This document shows positions 53,201 to 63,043 of a DNA stretch of 64,000 nt, piece after piece (the first letter of the stretch is position 1; every line of letters begins with the position of its first letter). Position numbers and translations under genes: made by a program. A model generated the notes under the pieces. It saw only the letters and a list, made by a program, of their open reading frames with translations, did no database searches and was not told the DNA's origin. This DNA comes from Oopsacas minuta (taxonomy: Eukaryota > Animalia > Porifera), in NCBI GenBank assembly GCA_024704765.1, contig JAKMXF010000299.1, positions 310,001 through 374,000 of the forward strand, given 5' to 3'.

Positions 53201-56200
53201 TAGTGTAAAAATAGAATATTACTTTTCAATGTTCTACAGGAGTGAGTAACCGAGTATCGATTTCACTGACATTTTCTATTTTTTCATTCTACTTTCTACT
53301 TTCTCTGGAAATTTCATCCAACTCTTCTTTAAAAGTCAATCCATCTTTGTTTGTATCTTTGTTATGTATCCATCTCAAATATGACATTCTAGATTTAATC
53401 TCTCTTTCTCGTTTCTGTTGCGACAAAATGTGTTTTTCTCTTTCCCTCTTCAATTTCATTTCTTCTTTCAAATATCTTTCCTGGTTGACTTTACCCACTA
53501 ACCACTCTGAGAAACTAGCTTTAACTACATTCTCTCTTTTCTTTACTATTTTACTTTCTAAGCTTACTATTGGCGTTGAGGGAAACTTTGACATTTTCAA
53601 AATCACTGCGGGATCAGAGAATGTTAACATTGTCTGTGTGTCGGGGATAAATTCCTTTGCTCTTTGAGGGTCAAACCATCCGTAATTGAATATATTCTCA
53701 GGTGTAGCTGACTTAATTTCGTAGCTTTTAGGAGAGATACTCCTCTCTGACCTGTTTCTATCCCAGCTATCACATTCCTAGAGGGTAAATACAACATGAC
53801 AATTGTGGTTTGTAAATTTGTATTCTTGCTAATCTTAATTACTTTCTTTTTGCTTCAACGTCGAAATATGCAAAATAAACTCTCCATAACAGATTGTGTA
53901 AGCTATCCTTAAGTTACACTCATACCAAATGTTCATAGATATATGAATACCACACTATTTCCAGGTAAGTAATTACCCGTCGGCAAATTTTTGGAATTTT
54001 TGCATATCCAAAAAGTGTGCAAATGTTGAAATCTTTGGAGGAATTTGGTAAAACTTAGTGCCCTGAATTGAACTAGACCAAAAAGTGTATATAAAAAGTA
54101 TTATTTAACAATCTACGAACCTTGATCGATATAGGATTATCATAGACTGCTAGATATCGTCTCTGTAACTTCCCTTTCATCCATGCAGGGTTGGTAGAGT
54201 CCATCGTTTGATGCGCTAATCTACAACTCAAATCTCTTGCTTTATACGGACTGTAATCTTTCTGCCAACGATCTACTTGATTATACTTCTGTAGATTCCA
54301 AGAGCAAAAATTCAGACTCTGCTCACATTTCTTCGCTCCGTAAATTCTCGTCAAATCCAATGCAGTTTTACCCTGACTATCCATGAGGATTATGTCAGCA
54401 CCCTTATCAATTAGTATACACAAGCATCTCCATTGATTAGACCTTGCAGCTGCATGCAGAGCTGTCCAATTGGCTCGAGTATGTGCATTTATATCCACAT
54501 GTGTAAGGCGTATTATCTTCTCTAGTAAGCGTGAATGCCCACGATGTGCCGCCATAAATAGTGCCATGAAAGCCCTGAAAATACTCCGTTCATCAGAATT
54601 GGTTATATTATAATCTTCTATGTCTGATATCGTGCCTTGGAAAACATCGATTAAGACGTATTCCCACATTTTCCATGGCTGTAACATGACACGAGCTCTC
54701 GGCACTATTTCATGCTGAGCTACTGTACAGTGATTCAGGAGATCTGCTTTGTCTAAATAGTTAAGACGATAGAGTTCTGTTGGAATACCGAGATCTTGTT
54801 CTATCATTACTTTTACTTCGCTAATTTTCAGATTATTGTGCACATTGTGTAGCTCAACAACTTCTCCATGTGGCAATACAATTCTTATAGTGTATACGTG
54901 TGTCTTTTTAACGTTAGTGAACATCTAATATATGTTGATATGTAAAATTATATTAGTTGCCCTAGTGTGAACAAGGCATCAAAAATTGGGTCGATAATAA
55001 ATGCATTATTTATTTCGCTGATAATATTCACAGAATTTTCACAACATCATGAAAATCCACATAGACGCATTTTATGAAATATATTTCCAGTTATTTCTAA
55101 CTTATGTTTAACTTTCAACCAATTAATTAAAATGTTTTCTAATCATTCGATAAACTCGTAGACGATAAATCTAACACTATCTCCTAATTGAACCCATTTA
55201 TCAGCTGTTCTTATACCTAATTTAATGTTTACAATATACAATTTTTCTAAAGAATACTGCGGTAATTAAATATTATTGATTCATTGACTATTCTAGGAAC
55301 ATAGTGAGAAGAATGAACAGATTTCATTACCAGAAACTCATAGGAATTATAGCGAAAATTTGAATGCGTTTCTTACACATAACAGTCTTGATAGAAAGTG
55401 AGTACAAATATTTGGAAATATATAAAAATTAATGAAATTTGTATTAATTAGACATTTAAAAGAGAGGAGAAGACAGAAAAACGCGATGCTAAATCTCACA
55501 AGCAGTTACAAGAGTGAGAAGGGAGTAGCTAAACCTATAGTAGTGCCTACAGTCCCTACGTCTCTATCCTCTTATAATACTATTATCAACAGTCATGAAG
55601 GAAGATCACTGGTAATAATTTAGAAGTGATTGCTATAAATTATCGGGGATCTAGTTATACAACTTGGCCGACGTATTTCTCGAATATTTACTTACTTTAT
55701 ATCTCTTTCCCTAGTTAATAGACTACTGTATAGAGAAATATGAAATAGAGAAAATCTACTTCATTAGTGATATAGATGGTCTCAAGGATTACGATACAGA
55801 GGAATTGGACTGGCTGGTATTAGTACGCAAGTTATACAAGTTATACATTGCCCCGGAGTGCAAACCAGATTTACTTATAAACTTGCCTAAAGATATTACC
55901 GATGAGATTAGAGGGAAAATTAAGGCTAAGAACTGCCCAATGGGTTAGTATATACTAATACTACTCTAATATAGGATGTATATTTTAACTGACGTATTCA
56001 TTTAGGAATATTTGATAGAGCTCGTGAATTTGTGTTGAATCAAGTTGACAAAAATGTTGTTAAGCATTTCTTAAAAAGTTCGGAGGGTTCTCAATACCTG
56101 AAAGCTCTGGTATCTTTTGATAATATATCTCGGCAAGTTATAAGGTAAGCTGTAGTACTATCAGTGAATTAAACAGTCCAATTACCTTGATCAAGGATTT

Positions 56201-57729
56201 CTATTTATTATCCACTTTTTATCTTGTAGGACGATAAGTAAAAATGTAAACAGATTAGAGATAGAATTGAATGTGATAGGGTATGATAAGAGGCACGACA
56301 CAAAGAAGCCAACAGGAAAATCAAAGTATTATGTAAGAATATACAAGATTATTGTTGTGTATCCGAGAAATACATTACTAGTTACAGGCATAATTAATTC
56401 AAGAAAAGTCTCTGCAAGTTATATATGTCCATGTATCTCCAGATGTGTATAAGAGACTACTTTTCGCTCTACATTTCCTCGCTATAATAACTGCAGCAAA
56501 ATGTATATTGAATACAATAATCGATATAAGGAATATACATACTAATATTTTTCTTCGATGACAATAGCTACTAATTCGTCAAATATTGATCGGAGAAAAT
56601 ACACGAAATTTATAAGGATCTGTATTCAAAATACTGATCTCTATTCGCAATTGTTTAGTGCTATTGTTTCAATGAATTTTAAGGAATTTACACTAATAAA
56701 TAGTTGAATATTAATATCTGAAAAATTGCATTAAATTGAGTAAAACATAATAGTATCTTTAGAGTAAAATTCTATTTTCTTTAACTGGTTGTCATCTTTT
56801 ATTGTCCATATGAGTTAAATCCTTTTAAGAATCTGAGATTTTTAACAATTTGCTAGTTTGTTTGATAGCTATAAGAATCAAAACCTGAGAAGATATAGCA
56901 ATAACTGTATCATTGAGAAAATTATTGTTATCCATTGTACTTTTATATTACATGATATTATTGTAATTAATATATTACGTCATTATTACATGCAGGTATA
57001 CGAGATTGAAGTTAGGATTGGAGAATATTTGTTCACAGTATTCAGAGCTTATAAAGAATTCTACAATTTACACGAGAATCTTAAGAAAGAGTTTCCTAAA
57101 CACTTACCACCTTTCCCACACAAGATATATCTAAGGAGAAGTGAAGTGAAGAGTATTGCTAGACAACGTGCAAGTGACCTAAACCAATACTTACAGGTTT
57201 GAATATATAATTTATAATGTTTCTAATACCCACCATACATGATGCAGCTTTGTTCCATGCAAATAGTTCATCCAACAAAGTTACATAGTGTATGGTGATT
57301 TTCTCTGTAACTTTGTATGTAGAATTTTGAGGCAAATTTATTATACGCAACATTATTAAACTGTGTGTATATATATACACGTATATTGCCTTGCTTCTTA
57401 CAATAATCTTATTTCTAGATAGCCAATTCAAATTGTAGACAGAAAAAAAATCCCTTTCAAAAAATTGGGGAAATGATTTAACTATGTAGAGGATATGACC
57501 TTGGTCAACACCATTAATAGACGGTCTACAAAAATTTTCCTTTCTAATAATTGTTCAAAAACCTATATTAATATATGAAATTCTTTAGGAGATCTTAAAG
57601 AAACAACCAGAAATCTCCAAACACCAAGAATTACTAACATTCATAAAACAAACAGAAACTGACGCAAAAGATGAAGAATTCAATAAATTCTTAATTCTAC
57701 GTGGAGTCAGAAGAGCGAACAAATTTTGA
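50224..57729 (+). CDS. Multi-exon protein with architecture disordered N-terminus, LIM, LIM, RGS, PX (798 aa as assembled)
   Basis: Exons 50224-50909, 51001-51385, 52190-52441, 55297-55397, 55452-55611, 55715-55943, 56006-56144, 56230-56332, 56996-57196, 57589-57729 join with GT-AG and matching phases (2397 nt). LIM2 is completed across an intron (CSACGD|RLGDNSKVYGKKGDACCSRC). RGS: LIDYCIEKYEIEKIYFISDI..LYIAP...INLP..IFDRARE..FLKS. PX: YY|VYEIEV..TVFRAYKEFYNLHENLKKEF..LPPFP..QRASDLNQYLQ. Confidence 0.75.
51426..51519. mobile_element. hAT/Charlie-like MITE family B (intronic)
   Basis: CAGCGGTTCTC ... GGTTGAGAATC with internal GTGGACCCC / GTCCGTGGACCACCAAGGGTCCAT. Confidence 0.6.
52639..52666. 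repeat. (AT)14 microsatellite
   Basis: Uninterrupted AT run, read directly from the sequence. Confidence 0.95.
53289..54924 (-). CDS. ANKRD60: Ubiquitin-like plus ankyrin repeat protein (ANKRD60-like), 2 exons, nested antisense in the LIM-RGS-PX intron
   Basis: Exons 54924-54121 and 53777-53289 join in phase 0. GIPTELYRLNYLDKADL and RAFMALFMAAHRGH resemble ANKRD60 (GIPFNLQRLQYLDEGVL, RAFVALYVASHRGH). Ankyrin TALHAAARS, GKTALDL. Confidence 0.8.
53930..54025 (+). ncRNA. Speculative spliced-leader-RNA-like element
   Basis: CAG|GTAAGT donor (53965) inside a 5-bp GUAA-tetraloop hairpin; Sm-site AATTTTTGG (53986-53994); 9-bp 3' hairpin (53999-54023). Could instead be a decayed hAT remnant. Confidence 0.25.
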
Positions 57730-58040
57730 TTTGACAATCACGGATTTTAATGTGTTGAATCTTTTTATAGCATCCTGTATTGTTTTAATTACCCTCTTTT
57801 ATATTGCTGTACTTTATTTTTAAAATGTAGTTCAACTAATCATTCAAAACAGATTACTGTTTTGTATTGTTTGTTATTACAAGTCAATATTGCTTTGTAA
57901 CAATTTAATTTCTGAGAAAATTTCTATATTTTATTGTAGCTATAATGTTTATCAATTAATAGAGAATTCTATCCAGATTCTGGGCATTTTGGATAAAGCG
58001 TTAAACACTTGGATTTACCCCAAATATTGCCTGATACATA

Positions 58041-58129
58041 TACAGTAGACTCCGCTCAATAGATCCACTGGTTTATCGGGTCAAAATGGCCTGGTTCCGA
58101 TGTAACCTTATTAAGCAGAGTATACCATA
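58041..58129. mobile_element. TA-flanked pogo-like MITE remnant
   Basis: TACAGTAGACTCCGCTCAA / TTAAGCAGAGTATACCATA imperfect inverted ends. Confidence 0.5.
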
Positions 58130-58441
58130 TATAAGTGTATACATAACGATTTCTAACTACCAATTCATGGGCCACTTTGGGTTGATAGCATTCTGACCCA
58201 ATTATCCGAAAATGTAGCATAACTTGTGACGGTTCGTTCCTTCAAAATATCCAATTAAGCGGAGAACCCGATTAACAGTAAGCGAATTACATTTTTTGCA
58301 ATAATACATTTTGTCATTTACCCTACATGAATACAACTGACTGATCATTTACAACAAATTGGACAATTTGTATATGATCCTATAATATATTGACATCTCA
58401 ATTTACAATCAGCTGATATGACGTATGTAGTATACGTTTAA

Positions 58442-59449
58442 TTAACACTCTTTAGCATCAGCTATACCACCAGGAGTAATAGCATAGCTAGCCTCATTCT
58501 CAGGCATGTCAGGACTATCGTATACTTTAGCGATTCGTATCTCCCCTCTGCCCTTTCGTAGACTGAGCCTTGTTGTAGAGGCGTGTGCTAATATATGTCC
58601 TCCTATCGGCTTCTTGGGATCCGCTTGAAATGACATTGTCGCGCCAGGATCAGCTGTCATTTGGTTTGTGATAAAAACAGCAACATTGTATTCTTCTGAT
58701 ACTTTTTGTAAGCGTGATAACATCTGAGCTAATTTCTGTTGTCTGTCAGCTAGCTCTCCTCTCCCACTGAAATCTACACGGAATAATGCCATAACAGAAT
58801 CTACGATTAGAAGTTTGAATATCCCTGGTTCTTCATGGAATTTAGCAGCTACATTATCAATGAGCTCCATCTGATGCTCGCTAGTGTAAGCTCTTGCGTA
58901 TAAAACGTTATCTAACATAGCAGTATGATCTAGATTGAATCTATCAGCGATATCTTTCAGTCGATCAGGTCTAAATGTATTTTCTGTGTCGATAAAAACT
59001 ACCTTCCCTCCTCCATAGCCTTTCGCCCCAGGCATTTGTGCTGTTACGCATAATGTGTGTGAGATTTGCGTTTTCCCTGTTCGGAATTCACCAAATGCTT
59101 CTGTAATGCTCATGCTCTCAATTCCACCTCCACATAATTTGTCTAGTTCCAATGAACCAGTTGTTATACGAAATACTTGCTTTCTCTTATCACTGTAGAC
59201 TAGAGCTGTTAGAAAATCCGAATTTGACATCTTCGCCACGGCCTCTTTGATCTTGTCAACTTTCGCTTCAGACAGACCTTTAATATTCGCCATTTTCTTT
59301 CGAGTTGTCATTTGCACTCCTTTCACAGTACAAATCCCTGCTACTTTCAATTTTTTCAAATCTGCTAGATTAATTCCATAGCTTTGCAACATTTCTACAT
59401 CTTGATAATCCAATTCACTCTCTTCTCCATTGCGTACACACTGTTCCAT
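58442..59449 (-). CDS. DMC1: Meiotic recombinase DMC1, intronless
   Basis: [81 protein letters not shown] are DMC1-diagnostic. ATG at 59449. Confidence 0.96.
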   Translation of the reverse strand: MEQCVRNGEESELDYQDVEMLQSYGINLADLKKLKVAGICTVKGVQMTTRKKMANIKGLSEAKVDKIKEAVAKMSNSDFLTALVYSDKRKQVFRITTGSLELDKLCGGGIESMSITEAFGEFRTGKTQISHTLCVTAQMPGAKGYGGGKVVFIDTENTFRPDRLKDIADRFNLDHTAMLDNVLYARAYTSEHQMELIDNVAAKFHEEPGIFKLLIVDSVMALFRVDFSGRGELADRQQKLAQMLSRLQKVSEEYNVAVFITNQMTADPGATMSFQADPKKPIGGHILAHASTTRLSLRKGRGEIRIAKVYDSPDMPENEASYAITPGGIADAKEC

Positions 59450-59814
59450 CAATTAATTGAAAATATCTGAAATAGTTTTATAATTATTATGCAAATATTT
59501 GCTTATATCTCAGTCAGAACCATTCAAATTCATCTCTTCACTCCTGCTGTATTTCATACGTATTTTATTCAAATACTTTCATTGGAAATGTTGTTGAGAA
59601 TTTAAATTTTTAAGGGAACGTAATTTAATCCAAATACTATTGTAATGATTTTATCAGCGCACTGGCTTGGTTCATAATAAGGACAAATCCATACCAAAAC
59701 CCATGAATTAAGTAATCAAATTGGTCGCTACATTTTCATAACACCATATGTCTCTATAAAACATATGATGCTATGAATAATGACTCTAATAAATGTATTT
59801 CTCTACAGGGAAGA

Positions 59815-61107
59815 ATGGCTACAGCTATCACTCATCAAAGCAGAGATTATTTGGAGAATTCAGAAGAAACAGAATCTCCCATACTAGATGAGACTGGTCA
59901 GGATGTGAGTGACATTTACCTCCCAGTATTCAACAATATCAAAAGGAATCTACCTGCTTTCTCAACAGATATTCTCCGTTATTTCGAAATGCGTAGTTGG
60001 ACACATTTAAATTATCCCTGGCTATTTAATGAAGATCGTACTAACTGGGGGTATTACGACCATGATCCGGTTATGGGATTTGGTATTCCAGAAAGGAACC
60101 CTCTCTTCCAATGGTGTATACAGCATCATGAACATTGGAGAGCTGACTACACATTTGCATCACATTTCTTCCCAGAGCATAAATACACATTGCTACAACG
60201 CTTGGACCAAGGACGTTGCTACTCAACACTAGGCTTGGAAGGAGACGGGGGGAGAATGGTTAATACTGGAATAATTTTTACAAATGCGTCAGATAATCCT
60301 GATGGTCCTGCTCGTAAAATACTGTATATATCGTTCAGAGAGACAACTGGGTTCGTAGAAGGACTTGTTTGGAATTTTTTGAGTTGGGAAAGGGCTGAGC
60401 AGTATCCTGGCAACCATTATTTGTATAGGTATGTGGGTAATCGTGACTGGACACCAGGTGTGAATGTGTTAGGAGGATTATGGTATGGAGCTTACTGCTC
60501 AAATGACAAAACCAATCAGACGGACTCTATACGTAGACAATTACTACAGTTTACACAAAGGAATGATATATCAAAATACAAGAAGATTATCATCACGGGA
60601 AAGAGTTTAGGAGGAGTATTAGCACAGTACACTGCATTGGATTTGTGTATTAGAACAGAACCTGGTATGATTAAGCTTGTGCTATTCGCTTCTCCAAGGG
60701 GAGGAGGAGATAGATTTGTTCAAGTATTGAATGATAGAAAAGTACAGTGTATACGGATGGAGTTTGATGAACTTGATGACGTAATCGGATTTCCTAGTGC
60801 AGTTAGACTGTTCAGTATTAGATGGAGACATGTTGGCATTCCTATACGCATGCACGTTGCTAAGGAAGACATGGTAACAGATCTATCACAGAGTGTAATA
60901 GCACCGTCAGTTACGAGAGGATATCAATTCTATCTGGGTAGAGATCTCATATACAGATTGTTGCCTACAAAATTATACTATGGATCTCTGTCTTTATGGA
61001 ATACTCATAATAGAGCCAATTACTTCAAATGGATATTCTCATTCTTTGTAAAACTGAACAAGATAAAGTCGCCTGCATGTGGATTCAATTGGGAATCTAT
61101 TAATTAA
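59815..61107 (+). CDS. Class-3 (fungal-type) lipase / alpha-beta hydrolase
   Basis: LYISFRET, IIITGKSLGGVLAQ (nucleophile elbow), LVLFASPRGGGDRF, ELDDVIGFP (Asp), WRHVG, WNTHNRANY (His). ATG 59815 follows a polypyrimidine tract plus CAG (59808). Confidence 0.8.
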   Translation: MATAITHQSRDYLENSEETESPILDETGQDVSDIYLPVFNNIKRNLPAFSTDILRYFEMRSWTHLNYPWLFNEDRTNWGYYDHDPVMGFGIPERNPLFQWCIQHHEHWRADYTFASHFFPEHKYTLLQRLDQGRCYSTLGLEGDGGRMVNTGIIFTNASDNPDGPARKILYISFRETTGFVEGLVWNFLSWERAEQYPGNHYLYRYVGNRDWTPGVNVLGGLWYGAYCSNDKTNQTDSIRRQLLQFTQRNDISKYKKIIITGKSLGGVLAQYTALDLCIRTEPGMIKLVLFASPRGGGDRFVQVLNDRKVQCIRMEFDELDDVIGFPSAVRLFSIRWRHVGIPIRMHVAKEDMVTDLSQSVIAPSVTRGYQFYLGRDLIYRLLPTKLYYGSLSLWNTHNRANYFKWIFSFFVKLNKIKSPACGFNWESIN

Positions 61108-61234
61108 ATATGTTTATGTTTAGAATAGAAATTATGTGCAGATTTTCAATCTTTGGATCACTTGTTTCCATTCAAAATCAAGCTATAAATTTGATACCAT
61201 TTATGGAGTTATTTTAAATCTAATATTATAGCAA

Positions 61235-61885
61235 ATGGATGTGAGTAAGTTCGTGTCTCTAGGCCGTAAGATAATAGGAGTAGGCCGTAATTACAAGGCT
61301 CATGCAGCAGAAATGGGATATTCACATCCTACAGATCCTGTTCTATTCCTCAAGCCCACCTCTTCCTACGTCACTCAAGGCAATCCTATAATATACCCAA
61401 AACTATGTAGTAATTTACACCATGAGGTAGAATTGGGTATTGTGATAGGACGTAAAGGCAAGAATATTCCTATTCACGATGCATTGAGTTTTATCGGAGG
61501 TTACGTGCTAGCTATTGATATGACAGCAAGAGATTTGCAGAGTGCAGCTAAAACAAAAGGAAATCCATGGTCCATTGCAAAGGGAATGGATACATTCTGT
61601 CCAGTTAGTCCAGTGTTAAGTGTAGCGGTTATACCTGAACCGCAAAATACTGCAATTTGGTTAAAAGTTAATGACAAACTTGTACAGAATGGTTGCACTA
61701 AAGATATGATATTTCCTATACCAGATATTATTAGCTATGTGAGTGCTAGGTTTACACTAGAGGAACATGACGTCATCTTAACAGGCACTCCAGAAGGGGT
61801 GGGACCAGTCGAAATAGGGCAGAAGATCACTGCAGGAATTGGAGATACTTTTGAAATGGGATTCGAGGTTGTGGAAGAGAAATAA
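61235..61885 (+). CDS. FAHD1: Acylpyruvase/oxaloacetate tautomerase FAHD1
   Basis: RKIIGVGRNYKAHAAEMG, PVLFLKPTSS, LHHEVELGIVI, DMTARDLQ, WSIAKGMDTFCPVS, DVILTGTPEGVG. Confidence 0.95.
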   Translation: MDVSKFVSLGRKIIGVGRNYKAHAAEMGYSHPTDPVLFLKPTSSYVTQGNPIIYPKLCSNLHHEVELGIVIGRKGKNIPIHDALSFIGGYVLAIDMTARDLQSAAKTKGNPWSIAKGMDTFCPVSPVLSVAVIPEPQNTAIWLKVNDKLVQNGCTKDMIFPIPDIISYVSARFTLEEHDVILTGTPEGVGPVEIGQKITAGIGDTFEMGFEVVEEK

Positions 61886-62103
61886 AATAGATATGTACCA
61901 ATTAAATTTTGATTTTAGTACCAATTATATTCTAATAGGAACTTGTATGATATATTACTTCGAATTACCGGTATAATATATATTACTTTGACGGTTGGGA
62001 CTATAATTGTACATTTTCAGACTCGATATGAGCGGGAGTTGACTTTAACTCTCATTTTTTATAAATACATACCAAAATATTTGTTTATAGAAACTACCAT
62101 GAA

Positions 62104-62676
62104 ATGGAAACAGAATACAAACCAGTGAATCCAAATTGGGAGCGTGTTAAGTCTCGGCTATCTCCCTACCGGAACAAGACACCGACTCGTGAAATGAGAC
62201 AGTGGTCACTCAACGTGTTAGCTACCACTTTTGTCGGCGTATTTCTGGGGGCAAAGATAGGTGGTCGCTTCTTGAGAGAAAGATTCATTCACTACAGCAA
62301 AGCTCAGGTGTATCACACTGTTGTAGATGCGAGGCGTAGAATGCATTCATACTCAGTTAGAGGAGCAGTAAATTTGGGCACTAAATGGGGCTGGAAAGTA
62401 GGCATATTTACTGCAGTGTATTCAGGAGTTCAGATTTCATTAGGTATATACCGTGATAGGAAGGATGTATTGAACTATGTGTGTGCAGGTGCTGTTGCTG
62501 GTCCATTGTTTTATGTTGTTAGAGGAATACGACCAATGGTGGGAGGGGCATTTGTGGGAATGATATTATCAGTGCCGCTCGGTATGGTGGGTTGGATTTT
62601 GGATTCGATTATTGATTGGTTTGAAAAGGATAAAAGTGAAAATACGCAAGAAACTATTGAAGAAGATGAAGAATGA
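62104..62676 (+). CDS. TIMMDC1: Complex I assembly factor TIMMDC1 (Tim17 family)
   Basis: GWERV-like NWERVK, RERFIHYSKAQVYH...A...H, GTKWGWKVGIF, LGIYRDRKDVLNYVCAGAVAG. Confidence 0.88.
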   Translation: METEYKPVNPNWERVKSRLSPYRNKTPTREMRQWSLNVLATTFVGVFLGAKIGGRFLRERFIHYSKAQVYHTVVDARRRMHSYSVRGAVNLGTKWGWKVGIFTAVYSGVQISLGIYRDRKDVLNYVCAGAVAGPLFYVVRGIRPMVGGAFVGMILSVPLGMVGWILDSIIDWFEKDKSENTQETIEEDEE

Positions 62677-62837
62677 CAGATGACTGGTTGAAGATGACAG
62701 CTATCAGTTGCGAATTGTGACAGGCTTGGGAAGAGAGTATTCGTCAATTTTAATGTTGATGTCACTAGCAAATATTAATTATTAAATCGATTTATATGTA
62801 ATTAAATTTCGCCTCAAAAATAGAATTTGCACTGACT

Positions 62838-62995
62838 AGTACTGGTCACCTCCACGAACGAGGTGACAGGACGCAAAAGATGTTACCCAGTTTCCCCGTT
62901 TGTAAAGGTTCACAAATTGGATAAATTAGATTTTCCACACAGTTTACAGGAGTTCCCCGCGTTTTCACAGGCCCCGTTTGTGAAATTTCACTTTA
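62838..62995. mobile_element. MITE family C copy 3
   Basis: CACCTCCACGAACGAGG ... TTTCACAGGCCCCGTTTGTGAAATTTCACTTTA; collinear with 5426-5600. Confidence 0.65.
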
Positions 62996-63043
62996 TTGTG
63001 ATATTATTTACAATTCTATAGTTATCTAGTTAATAAAATAACC

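Noticed and set aside
1664-62771. Dozens of short ORFs (60-140 aa) antisense to or overlapping real genes, e.g. 4001-4324, 20867-21373, 37118-37393, 53242-53667
   Set aside because: They are shadow frames of genuine CDSs with no recognisable motifs.
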